Below are positions 33,307 to 45,029 of a stretch of DNA of 64,000 bases, one piece after another. The notes under the pieces are model-generated. The model was not told where the DNA came from, did no database searches, and saw only the letters and a list, made by a program, of their open reading frames with translations. Origin of the DNA: Ruditapes philippinarum (taxonomy: Eukaryota); contig NW_026859066.1 of NCBI RefSeq assembly GCF_026571515.1, forward strand, positions 62,001 to 126,000, read 5' to 3'. Each line of letters opens with the position of its first letter. Positions within the stretch are counted from its first letter, which is position 1. The position numbers and the translations under genes were made by a program.

Positions 33307-36300
33307 GTGCATGGTGGTGTAATTGTTTATTAATTGCTTCGGGAGTTGGAGAGCCGATCCTTGTCCAAAATCAGAGATTTCACTGCCCTATATACTCTCT
33401 ATTCTCTTTCAAGAAACCACAAACCAAATCATTCCAACGACTTGTATGGCTTTACGATCAAGGAGACTATGTTTCTCTCCGAAACAGCATTAGTAACACC
33501 GAATGGAATCTGTTGAAAACAGTGATCAATATCTTTACTTCCTCATTTACAAACTAACTCCTAGAACTATCTAAATCATTCATCCCAACGAGGCAAGTAA
33601 AGTTAAGCCTAACGATGCTCCGTGGATTACAACAGAAATAAAGAAACTAATACATAAGCGCAAAAAATATTACCACAGAGCCAAATACTCACAAAACTCG
33701 CACCACTGGTACAAATTTAGACAACTCCGTAATAAAATCGTTACACTTATACGCACGGCTAAACATAACCACTTCTTACAAATGGCAGAGTCTCTCAAGT
33801 CAGACTGTACTACACAGAAGGACTGGTGGAAACTAATCAAATACCTTATCTCTCCCACTGAAAAGACAAAACATTCTTCAACTTAAAAACCCAATCAATG
33901 ATGAACTTGTTTTTGATTCAAAATTGGAATCTGACCTTTTGAATGACTTTTTCTGTAGCCAGTCGTCGCTAAATAATTCCGATAAAGAACTTCATTTTAA
34001 TGATTGTAATATGCCTATAAACACACTTTGTTCTATTTCTATCTCTCCTCAGGATGTTGAAGACGCTCTGCGGTCACTTAAAACAAACAAAGCTTCAGGT
34101 CCTGATGGGGTCAGTAACCGTATATTGCGGGAAACTGCTTCAGTTATTAAATTTCCCCTATGTTCGTAGTTCAATCAGTCTCTTCAGACTTGTAAATTAC
34201 CATTTACATGGAAAAAGGCCAATGTTTGTGCTGTCTTTAAAAAAGGTGATCCATCTGTTCCAAATAACTTTCGTCCGATTTCCTTGTTGTGCTGCGTAGA
34301 AAAGGTTTTTGAACGTATCATATTTAAGTATCTATTTAATTTTCTTCAAGATAATAACTTCCTTTCTTCCGTACAGTCAGCCTTCAGACCAGATGACTCA
34401 ACGGTAAACCAGTTAACGTACTTGTACAACACATTCTGTAAAGCTTTAGATGACGGATTAGAAGTTAGAGCTGTGTTCTTTGATAAAAGTAAAGCGTTTG
34501 ATAAAGTCTGGCACAAAGGTCTTCTCTTTAAGCTGAAAGCTGCTGGAGTAGACGGTTGTCTACTTACCTGGTTTTCTGACTATCTTACTAACAGGCACCA
34601 GGCGGTCCTACCTGGGGTCCAATCAGACTGGTCGATAGTAAAGGCTTGAGTACCCCAAGGCTCCATCCTTGGGCCGCTACTATTTCTTGTTTTCATCAAT
34701 GACATCGTGGAAGATATAGGCTCTAAAATTAATCTTTTTGCTGACGATACCAGTTTACATATTATTGTTGACTACCCTGGTTTTGCTGCTGAAACACTTC
34801 AATCTGATATAGACAAGATATCAGCTTGGGCTGAAAAATGCTGGTTACTTTCAATCCATCGAAGTATGAATCTATGGTTATCTCTCGTAAAAGAAATAAA
34901 CCCTTTCATCCTTCACTTCTTATGCATAACCAACAAATAACAACCGTAAACAGTCACAAACATCTTGGCCTCCACCTTTCAGACGATTGCTCGTGGCATT
35001 GTAACATTAACTATATTACCGAACGAGCCTGGAAGAGGATACACATTATGAGGAAATTGAAGTTTCAGCTTGACCGTATATCTCTTGAAGTGATATATTT
35101 AACTTTCATCCGACCGATTTTGGAATACGCCGATGTTGTCTATCTAAACTGCACACAATATGAGAAACTTGAGCTTGACAAAATTCAAAATGAAGCGTCT
35201 CGTATTGTGTGCGGTGCTACAAAACTTGTATCATTAGATAAACTTCATAGTGAAGTTCCTTGGGAATCCTTAGAATCTCGAAGAAATAATCATATGCTTA
35301 TCTTACTTTATAAAATGAAAAATGGCTTAACACCAGATTACTTGTGTTCTTTACTTCCACCTACTGTAGGCGAAAATTCACGGTACGATCTACGCAATGC
35401 TACAAATATTCAGACTATTCGAACACGAACAACTCTTTATCAAAATGCTTTTCTTCCAATTTCTCTGAATAAATGGAACGCCCTTTCAACTGAAGTACAA
35501 AATATACGTTCACTGTTTCCTTTCAAATCCCATTTGAGACGAAGCAGCTATAGTTGTCCGATTTATTTCTATGAAGGCGATAGAAAATGGCAGATCTATC
35601 ATGCTCGACTTCGTAGTGAATGTAGTTCTCTAAATCAGCATCTATTTAAGAAAAAATATGTCTCCATCTCCTCTTTGTCAGTGTGGCATAGTGGAAAGTA
35701 ATTACCACTGTTTCTTTGAATGTCAACGCTATGCTGACAGCATGGCCTCTTTTCTTAACACTATATCTACTATTTGTTCAGCAACTCTCCAAAAGTTATT
35801 AAATGGAGACCCAAACATTAGTGATAATGCAAACAGAAGACTGTTTGAAGCCGTTCATACATACATCCGAGAAAGCAAGAGATTCTCTTAAGCATATTCA
35901 CATCAGCTCAAATCACTAAATACTTCCCATTTAAATCGTCGAACTATCCGAATGATCCACATTTCATTTCTTTCTTCTTCTTTTCTATTTTGCTGAAAGT
36001 TTCTTCCTTCATTTCTTTCTATCTTAATTTACGTTATTTCTTTTCAATTCTATATAACAAAATGATGCAGTCTTGTATTCTCATTTCTTTTTTTTTGTAT
36101 ATATTTTTGCTTTATATTATAACTAAATGTAGAAACAATTTTGACTTTAACTTCTTTAAAACAATGTAAAATAAGATATATTTCAAGCCAGTCACATATA
36201 CTGTCATACCGTATTTTATGCATTGTAAAACTATAAGGAGAAGGCCTTTATAAGCTCAGCTTTCGGACCCAATCCTTTTTCAACATATCATGTATGTATT

Positions 36301-36365
36301 GTGTACATTATTGTCTGTATATATATTGTGAATTTGTTCGAAATAAACTATGTTTAAACTAAACT
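33307..36365 (+). mobile_element. 5'-truncated CR1-group LINE, decayed
   Basis: Fragments of endonuclease (HGGVIVY; HCPI) and RT (KASGPDG, FRPISLL, QSAFR, FFDKSKAFDKVWH, VPQGSILGP, LFADDT), C-terminal CxC..HxFFxC; AATAAA + (TAAAC)n tail; 12-bp TSD AGGAAGACGATG at 33295-33306 and 36366-36377. Confidence 0.9.
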
Positions 36366-37354
36366 AGGAAGACGATGAGCAACAGACCTGAAATCGAATT
36401 CCACGGTATGGGACCACCTGTCAATTCTGTATGCCAAATATCAAGAGGCTGTGATAAGTAGTTGCCGAAAAAAATGTTAACGAAAATTTCCTACCATTAC
36501 AGTCAAAAAATTTTAATTAGTCAGCAAACAGGAAGTGGATGAGTGACAGCCTGCCACCGCCCAACATTCACCATACTATAACCCGGGTTTGCACCTGTGC
36601 AACCCGGTCTATAACCATTATAAAAAATTGAATTTAATAGATACATGGATCATACATTGTATTCTTCCACTTCATTTATATCTTCTTCTATCTCTTCTTC
36701 TTCATCTGCAGTATCCTAATAAAACAACTATTTTAATGAATAAAATAAGGTTAAAAACATTCTGAACATATCCAAACAGCAAGGATCACACGCTTAACTT
36801 CTCTGATTGTATATGTATACAAAATGATTTAAGTGTTCCTTTATTGTTCAGCAATCTTTAAGAATACAAAGAAAAAGCTCAATCTACCTTAAATGAAAAT
36901 CTTTTTTCTTGCACTGATACCAAAATTCATGCACATCTGCCCCACCACCCCAATTTTCTGTATGAAATTCTGGAAAATCAGCTGTATGAAATTGACAGAA
37001 TGCAGTGTTCGGATTTAATGTAGTAATTGGTAATTTTAGAATAGTACTACTTCTTAACAAACTTACCATATCATGCGCAATAGGATCATAGGCCACATTA
37101 CAAGTATCTTCCTGAATAGCAGAATAAAAAACAATTAACAACTTTCTTCGCACATCTATAAGATAAATTAAAAACTATGCATGAGACTTTACAATAACCA
37201 TTTACAATTAATCCAATAGCACTCCACTGCCATTTTTCGACACGAAAATACTGGGCATTTTATTTTTTCAAGAGAACATTTGTTTGGCCTAGTATATTTA
37301 CACTGAAATTCATGTCTAATTCAAACCACTTTTTAAAGAATATTCATTTTTTTT

Positions 37355-37998
37355 AAACAAGATCGATCAGTGATCACATGTGTCGCCTCATGATGGCCAA
37401 TTTCATGTTGGGACAAGTTTTGTGACAGACGGAGAAGTGATAGGAGTAGTGGCGACATAAATTCCTGTAAAGTTAGGATGAAATTGCCCCAGTAGTTTAT
37501 GAGGAGTAGTGGGGACAAGTTTTGTGACAGGCGGACAGACAGACAGTGCACAACTAGACTTGGTACTGATCATTCCTGTAAAGTTTGGATAAAATTGCAC
37601 CAGAAGTTTATGAGGAGTAGTACGGACAAGCTTTTGTGTATCTGGCAACACACAGAAAATAACACCTTTTTATCAAAGGGCCATAACTCGGCCAAAAATC
37701 ATTCAACCGGAAAACCCGTGCAATATGCGCAAGGACTTGAGCTACAGATCAATTCTGTAAAGTTTCATTGACATTTCTTTAGTGCTATAAGAGAAGTAGT
37801 CCGGACAAACTTTAAATATAAAAATTATTAAAGGGCCATAACTCTAACAAAAATCATTGAACCGGAAAATGCTGACAATATGTACAACTAGACTTGGTGC
37901 TGACCATTCCTGTAAAGTTTGGATGAAATTGCACCAGTAGTTTATGAGGAGTAGTGATCCCTATATGTCGCCACTACTCCGTAGAGGTGACACAAAAA
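37355..37998 (-). mobile_element. HINE-like element with core repeats (intronic)
   Basis: AAACAAGA..TGTGTCGCC at one end, repeated ATTCCTGTAAAGTT..GAGGAGTAG units, terminal hairpin TGTCGCC..GGTGACA + CAAAAA. Confidence 0.7.
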
Positions 37999-40900
37999 GA
38001 CCTTAAAGTTGAGCCACTGAGATACTATAAACTTGAATCTGATTAAGATTTTTACAAAAAAAATCAATATCAATTAAACTAACAAGAGATGCCACAGGAG
38101 ACAAAAAAGCTTGACTAATTAAATATTTGACACAGTAAAGAATGAAATAATAATGACAAAAAAAATAATTATGTCACGTCACGTCAAAATATATGCGCGG
38201 CCGTGCAATTCCATATTTATGGAGTCAAAAAATCAGCACGGGTGTGTGATAAAGATCAATATCCTAAGATCAAATGCAGGAAACACAAGAAGCTTACCAT
38301 TTGTAAGGTATGACATAAAATATAATGATTGCAATCAAGAATAAGTAAAATTGTCATCATTAATCATCAATTTTCTTGAGCCAATACAATACATAATATA
38401 TCCAAATGTGTCACAATTGCTAAATGATGTATGCTGCTTTAACATAATAGTAATTGATTTTGGGTTTTTATGAATACATCTACCTGGACCTCTTTGATTC
38501 ACTGATTGGAAAGCTATGCCAGTACGTCTCCACCATGCAGGGCAATTTCTGTCCTGATACCAATTTCGCCTTCCACTTTTGTCTGAAGTTAGAAACAAGT
38601 GGGCATAGATGGTCCTGTATCAACAACTGACATACATTGCTCAAAAATTAATCAATTAAGTTGAAATTGGTCAATCATACTTAACCTCAGCTGTAGGATT
38701 TAAAACAAGGGGCATTATGGTCCTGGATTGCTTACCTGCTACAGGAAAACTATATAAGCTCTAGACATTGTAGAAATAACAGGATCTTGAAACATTTCAT
38801 TTTAAAATCTTTTAATGTATCAGACTAGAATCATTCATGTAACTTTCACAGAGTGCCATGTAAGGATCATTCCTGTGAAGATAGTCAAAATCCACAAAGT
38901 GTTTTAAGAAGGATGTTGTTTATTAACACATTATAAAAAGGCAGATTGACAAACATCATGCCATTACAAAAGTTCACCTCCAAGTAGTTTAAAATTTACA
39001 TATTTAAACTACTGCACATTCATAACACAGTACACATGCAATACTTCACAATTACATTTTTCAGTACATTATAGATATTATAAATACATGTACCTAAAGC
39101 AAACCCAATTTTACTTAGTAGATACATAAGAAATCTAATGATACTAAGTACTAATTCAATATACAAACTTGATAATGAACTTGATGGACCAGCAACAGTT
39201 GACAATATTGATCTCATCATGTCCACATTTAGATCAAAAACATGTTTATCAAGACATTCCTTGTATGAACAGTCTTCAGATGTGCCCTCTGAAATATACA
39301 TCAATTCAATATTACCTTGGTCACTTTAATAATAAAATTTTGAGCATCACTAATAAAGCCAGTTGGTAGGAATGACATCCTTTAAGAAAACTTACAGCCA
39401 AATAAGATTTTTTTTCCATAATACCATCAAAAGAAATTAACAGTCACCAATAGTGCCATAGCACTTGTAGAACCTTCATATGTGTATATGTTTCAACAAA
39501 CAGAGGGATGGACAAATCCACACCTATATGCTTCCTCTTCAAGAAAGCAAACAAAAAGTGTATTTTAACTTTCATGGATGCTCACATTCAACTCATAAAC
39601 TTATTTCAATTTAATCTGTACAAGACAACCAACCTTCAGTCTCACCATAGCTGTGATTCAAAACAGCTTCTTTGTAGGCAGTCTGAACTTCAGTCTTTAA
39701 AGCGAAGTTAGTCCTTAACTCTGTAGGACCTGAAGTTGGTAAATATACACTTTATGAAATTTGCTGAATGACATCTTAAAATTTAGTATTGGATATGATT
39801 GTTATCTTAAATGATAAATACACACAAAAAATAGGTACGTTGTATTATTTTTTGATAATATGATTGTAAGTACACACTTACTGAATAAACGTTTAAAGAT
39901 TTTAAAACATGGAATAATCAGTGGTTACCTGTAACTTGTATATCTTTATCCAGTACCCCAAAACACAAAAGGTTCATTGACTTGTATTTTTCATTGTACT
40001 TAGCAATCTGAAATAAATACATGATAATTACATAAATTAATATAGTTAGAGGTACAAATGTGCCCAGAGTACATGGATACTCCCCCCTCCCCCTTATCGC
40101 ACTGTTTGTAAGTATACAGAGTGGCCTGGGATAATTAAAACATGAAATTGAAATTATGATGAGGGATTGTAAAAAACAAGATTAAATTATAAATAATATA
40201 CAAGTAATATATAACAAAAAGTATAGCTATGAAATCATTTGCTAAGAGTATGTTTTACCTTCAAGAAAATGATTATTCATTTTAAGAACAGTATTTGCTA
40301 TTTCAGAAAATTTTATTAATTTCAAATTTTTCCATAAGGTCTGGCAGCGGCTAATACAGAGCACTGCTACAGTTCCATACTATGAACATAAGTGTGCAAG
40401 AATAATGAAAATCACCTTATAGAGCCAATTTAAAGATCATAATGCTAATATTTTTACAGTGATAAAAGCAAGGGTACCTGATTCTAGAATAAACTATTCA
40501 ATATCTATTGGAAGCAATGAGTTAACCCATAAATAATCTATTATTTTAAAAAAGAAAGAAGTTAAAAGCAAAAGGAAAACCAAACAGCTGATGTGAAAGA
40601 AGTGCAAAAATAAAAAGTGCCCAATTAGAGGTTTAAGTGCAATATACACTAAAGCTATATCTGAATTACAGCTGTAACTACAGCTGTAACTAACAAGGCA
40701 GCAAATTTTATGATTTGGTGAGAAACAAATTTTCAGCAGACTGCAAATTTTACAATTCTAATAATTTTCTACTAAATACAGGATATACCTTTTTATCCTT
40801 ACTTACTACCAGAAGAAAGAGGCATTCCCATTGCAAATTTTTTTTTCCAAATTGAGAAGTAGAAATGCCCATTCATCATTAATATTGGTGATGATTTTCA

Positions 40901-41026
40901 TTGAAAAATATTTTTTTATAAAAAGATTTATAATTTAAAAGTGTATGTATAAGATCTAAGTTTTTAAAACTATAAACCAATTTTTCAATAAAAGGACAGG
41001 AAAAAGTTTTCAAATTATTTGAGCCT

Positions 41027-42167
41027 TTAACAAGAGCCACCGCCGGGCGGGGGCAACGCTCGACTTTTTACTTTCTCTAAAAGCAAACAAAGAAATGTTC
41101 GAACAAAATATTAACGTTTCATTTAAATATAAAATTAATCATTCTGTTTTGTCACATTAGTTTTGTCTATATATTTTATATATATAAATTTACTAATTTA
41201 TATATAAATAAAGACACCCAATTCGAAGTCACATGGTGCTGTCACGTGGTGAAGTCTCGTGGTGGAGTCACGTGGTGGAGTCACGTGGTGAGGTCACGTG
41301 GTGGAGTCACGTGGTGGATTCATGTGGTGGAGTCACGTGGTGTAGTCACGTGGTGGAGTCACGTGGTGTAGTCACGTGGTGGTGTCACGTGGTGGAGTCA
41401 CGTAGTGGAGTGACGTGGTGTAGTCACGTGGTGGAGTCACGCGATAGTCATGCGGTGAAGTCACGTGGTGGAGTCACGTGGTGAAGTCACGTTGTGAAGT
41501 CACGTGGTGGAGTCACGTGGTGGAGTCACGTGGTGGAGTCACGTTAAACAACAATGTCTTGTCTTTAAGTATGTTCTGTTATAATATGAAGTTGATCCCT
41601 TCAATAATAGCAAAGTAACAGCCAGTTACAGCCAAAACAAAGTCAAGGTCATTCATGAGTGAAGGTCAAGGTCTGTCGGGTTATTTTTAAGGGTTATCCT
41701 TGAAGATTATTATGTTCAAGTTTGAAGACAATCCATTCAAAAATAACAAAGTTACAGCCAATAATAGCCAAAAACATGAAAATTTCAATAATTTGACCTT
41801 CAAAGTCAAGGTCATTTATGAGTGAAGGTCAAGGTCTGTCAGGTTATTTTTAAGGGATATCCTTGAAAATTATTATGTTCAAGTTTGAAGACAATCCATT
41901 CAAAAATAACAAAGTTACAGCCAATAACAGCATGAACAACTTTTAACCTTGAAGGTCAAGGTCATTTATGGATGAAGGTCAAGGTTAGTGTGGTCTACTG
42001 AAAGGTCTTGTCCCAAAGGTTGTTGTGGCCAAGTATGAAGACAATGCACCAAGAAGAAAAAAGTTTATGATCCAGGTACAAGTTTGCGGACGGCAACAAC
42101 GGCAACGCCCGACCGACTATAACAATACCTCTACTTTTTTTTTTTCAAAAATAAAAGGTCGAGCTAA
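41027..42167 (-). mobile_element. HINE-like element containing a 13-bp minisatellite
   Basis: AACAAGAG..GCTCGACTTTT at one end and AAAAGGTCGAGCTAA at the other (subterminal inverted GCTCGAC); internal AAGGTCAAGGTC core units. Confidence 0.75.
41227..41544. repeat. Minisatellite (AGTCACGTGGTGG)n, ~24 copies
   Basis: 13-bp period read directly; most units contain GTCACGTG. Confidence 0.95.
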
Positions 42168-42759
42168 TAAAAGGACAGAAAAAAGTTTTCAAATTAATTG
42201 AGCCTCACTTAACAAAACACATCAAAAACTTACATTTTGCTGAAAATCTATTTCCAGGCATATTCTTGGAATAAATAGCATAATGATGTTGAACCCTCAC
42301 CTGATTTGCCACCCTGATTTCCATGCCTTTGTCGCCATACCTGCTAAATCTATACAATTTGTTAAGGACACATATATTATGATTGAAATTGATGTTCATT
42401 AAATATTAAATATTTGCATATCCAAATAGTCTTAAAATGGCCAGTTTTGAAATATCCAAATAGTCTTAGAAATGGCCAAACAAATAAATACAAATAATAA
42501 AAGATTTTAAGACATAATACTTAAGAAATTAAAAAAAAAACTATTAAGGTTAGTAGCGCCATGGAAAATACATGTATTATCTGAAACAGGAACGTGTTTG
42601 TTAAACACAAATGCATCAGGCTCAGATTCTTGTCACTTACATAAAAAATAAGTGGGCATGACAAGCATTGACTTGTGATGAAGTTGAATAATATTCAATT
42701 ACAAATAAAAATTCATTAAATATATAAATATTAGACATTGGTAAAAATTACAACAAAAG

Positions 42760-43700
42760 CTCTATAAAAAGTATATTTTTAGCACAGGTGACCTTGACCT
42801 TGTTATTTTTGGTGCCATTGATCTTGAACCACTGACCCCTAAAACAAACCAAAGAAAGAAAATCCCTTGAACAATGAAAGCTATGAACAGGAAACAAAAT
42901 ATACCCTATAAAAACCATGTTAAGCTTTGACCTCCAAGTGCGGCCTTGACCTTGGAAATGGGGATCCAATGTTGAGTATGACACATTGTCTTACTTTTTT
43001 CAACAATAGTGGCCAGTATTTACAAAATAACTAGATTTCAGAAAAAGTTATGGATGGTACACCACACAATACCCTCAAACAGACATTGTTGAGCTGTTAT
43101 CACTAATAGTGAGCTTGACGTTAAAGGACAGGCCTCTGAGTGTTGCACACAACGTATCTTCTTACTGTGTACTAAGTAATTTCAAATAAATTATACCCTT
43201 CAACTGACCATATTAAGCTTTGATCTCCAAGTGAGACCATGACCTTTGAGGAAGAGGTCTGGGTGCTGCACATGACACTTCAGTCTTATTATTGTAAACA
43301 TTTGTGCCAAGTATTTTCAAAATCCCTTGATCTATGTTGAAGTTATGGACCACACAAAAAATATACCCTTTAACAGTATACGTTAATCTTTGACCTCCAA
43401 GTGTGACCTTGACCTTGGAAGTAGGTGGTTACACATTGTCTTATTATTGATAACATTTGTGCTACGTATTTTTTTCAAAATCCCTTCATGAATAAGAAAG
43501 TTATGAACCGGACATGACATATACCCTCATGACATATCGTTGCATGACATCGTATTATTGTAACAAACATTTTTGCCAAGTTATTTCAAATTACTATAAT
43601 AAATAACATAGTTATGGACACAGAAGTGACGGCCGTCCAGATGGAGCCTATTTCTATATCCACCATTTTTCTTCTAAAAGGCGGGGGGGTGCAAAAAAAA
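42760..43700 (-). mobile_element. Degenerate HINE-like element with TGACCTTGACCTT core repeats
   Basis: Repeated TTTGACCTCCAAGTG..CCTTGACCTTG units; ends in a CCCACC..GGCGGGG hairpin + A-run. Confidence 0.55.
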
Positions 43701-43854
43701 ACAAGCAACAATATCCTGTGCTCCTGTGAATCTTGGTGCAAGGGGGCGTGGACGGTAACTTGCACTTTCCAGTACCGTCCATGAACAGGCTCAATCAAAC
43801 TGAGCCTGCAACATTTTCAATTATGTTGTGTTGGACTTTCTTTAGGGATTCTTA

Positions 43855-44928
43855 TGTTCCAGACTCCGAATGTTGGTGCTGGTTTTAATTATCAGAGACC
43901 GGTTTAAAATGTTTAGATAATTGTTTTGATTTCAATAAATCATGCCAACTGTCCAGCGCAGTGTTATTTTAGTGCGCTCTGGTCCCTGCCAAGACTAAGC
44001 GTTCCCTATAGTAACTAATGATCCCCATATTTAGAAAATCAAATTTTACTTTTATTTTCTTAGAGGGCGCTTCCTGCATTTTGGTTGGTCAAAACTGTCC
44101 CTAGAAATAATAATTATATGCAAATGCAAGATTTGCCGCCTTTCCAAGGCGCAGTTGAAAATAAGATTTTGGAATGTGAAGTACAGATCTTGTGAATTTC
44201 TATTTATTAAGTTTCGGACACAGATACCATTGTTCAGTAAGTTTATTTTTGTTTTTATTTGCCTTCGTTCGAGAAAATTATTGTTTATATTAATTTTTGT
44301 TCTAAAATAATTACATTTATTATTGTTAAGGTATATACATTAACAATTTTATGTTAAGATAGATAAAACTGTATCCTAGTTAAAATTTTGATGTAAAAGT
44401 AAATAATCTGTAATTCTATCAATTAATAAATTTGTTAACATTACTAGCAGCAGGATTCCCACAGTATTTGTTAAGGATGAATTATATATGTGACTTGTTT
44501 ATTTGTAAGTATGTATGCATTATTTGTATGTTGTTTTAATTGTTATTAATGGAAGTATAACTGTTTAACTTTCAGATAACCGCTATATACGCTATATACG
44601 CTATATACGTTAGATACACTATATACTCCTTAGACTATGTGTTGTTTCTGGAATAAAAGTTGAAAATATAGCGCGTGAATTGCATCTTTTTGTTGCCCAA
44701 ACTTGGTGAAGCTGCCCATGACGACTGTGTCGTAGTGTCTTTGTAATTTGGTGAACAGTTGAAGTGAACACCCGTATTAACGTGTTCTCTCTCAGCCATC
44801 CACGTAATCTACACTGTGTTCTTAAAGTGATTGAACAGTATAGTTCCTACAGTTATTGAACACTGTGTTATTCTACAGTTATTGAACAGTATAGTTCCTA
44901 CAGTTGTTGAACACCGTGTTATCCTACA
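43855..44928 (+). repeat. 5' LTR of the BEL/Pao element
   Basis: TGTTCCAGAC...ATCCTACA; matches 50518-51597. Confidence 0.93.
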
Positions 44929-45029
44929 GTTATTGAACATAATCTATTAACGAAATGGTGAAAGTTAATTGGATTTAACCGTATTTATTTGGATTATATT
45001 CGTAAACATATATTCCGTATCATCTAAAG

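Larger units (their letters stand above)
28202..40007 (-). pseudogene. Multi-exon gene: NRF1-like DNA-binding region, acidic linker, vertnin-like OTU cysteine protease motif; disrupted
   Basis: AG/GT-bounded exons, mostly in phase: 40007-39929, 39729-39646, 39288-~39170, 38582-38484 (KSGRRNWYQDRNCPAWWRRTGIAFQSVN), 37155-37067, 36981-36888, 36715-36656 (DTADEEEEIEED), 32723-32649, 31428-31369, 30847-30705, 29986-29806 (GATAYGNCIFNTVSTVIYGNEEMAMTLRLL), 28441-~28202. In-frame stops occur in the last two exons, and the phase around 36981-36888 is not clean. Confidence 0.65.

Noticed and set aside
41233-41484. 83-aa ORF with SHVVESRG repeats
   Set aside because: It is a translation of the 13-bp minisatellite.
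44829-44939. CRISPR-like repeat-spacer array
   Set aside because: Eukaryotic context, 15-bp repeat, 10-11-bp spacers that recur, no cas genes; it is part of an LTR.
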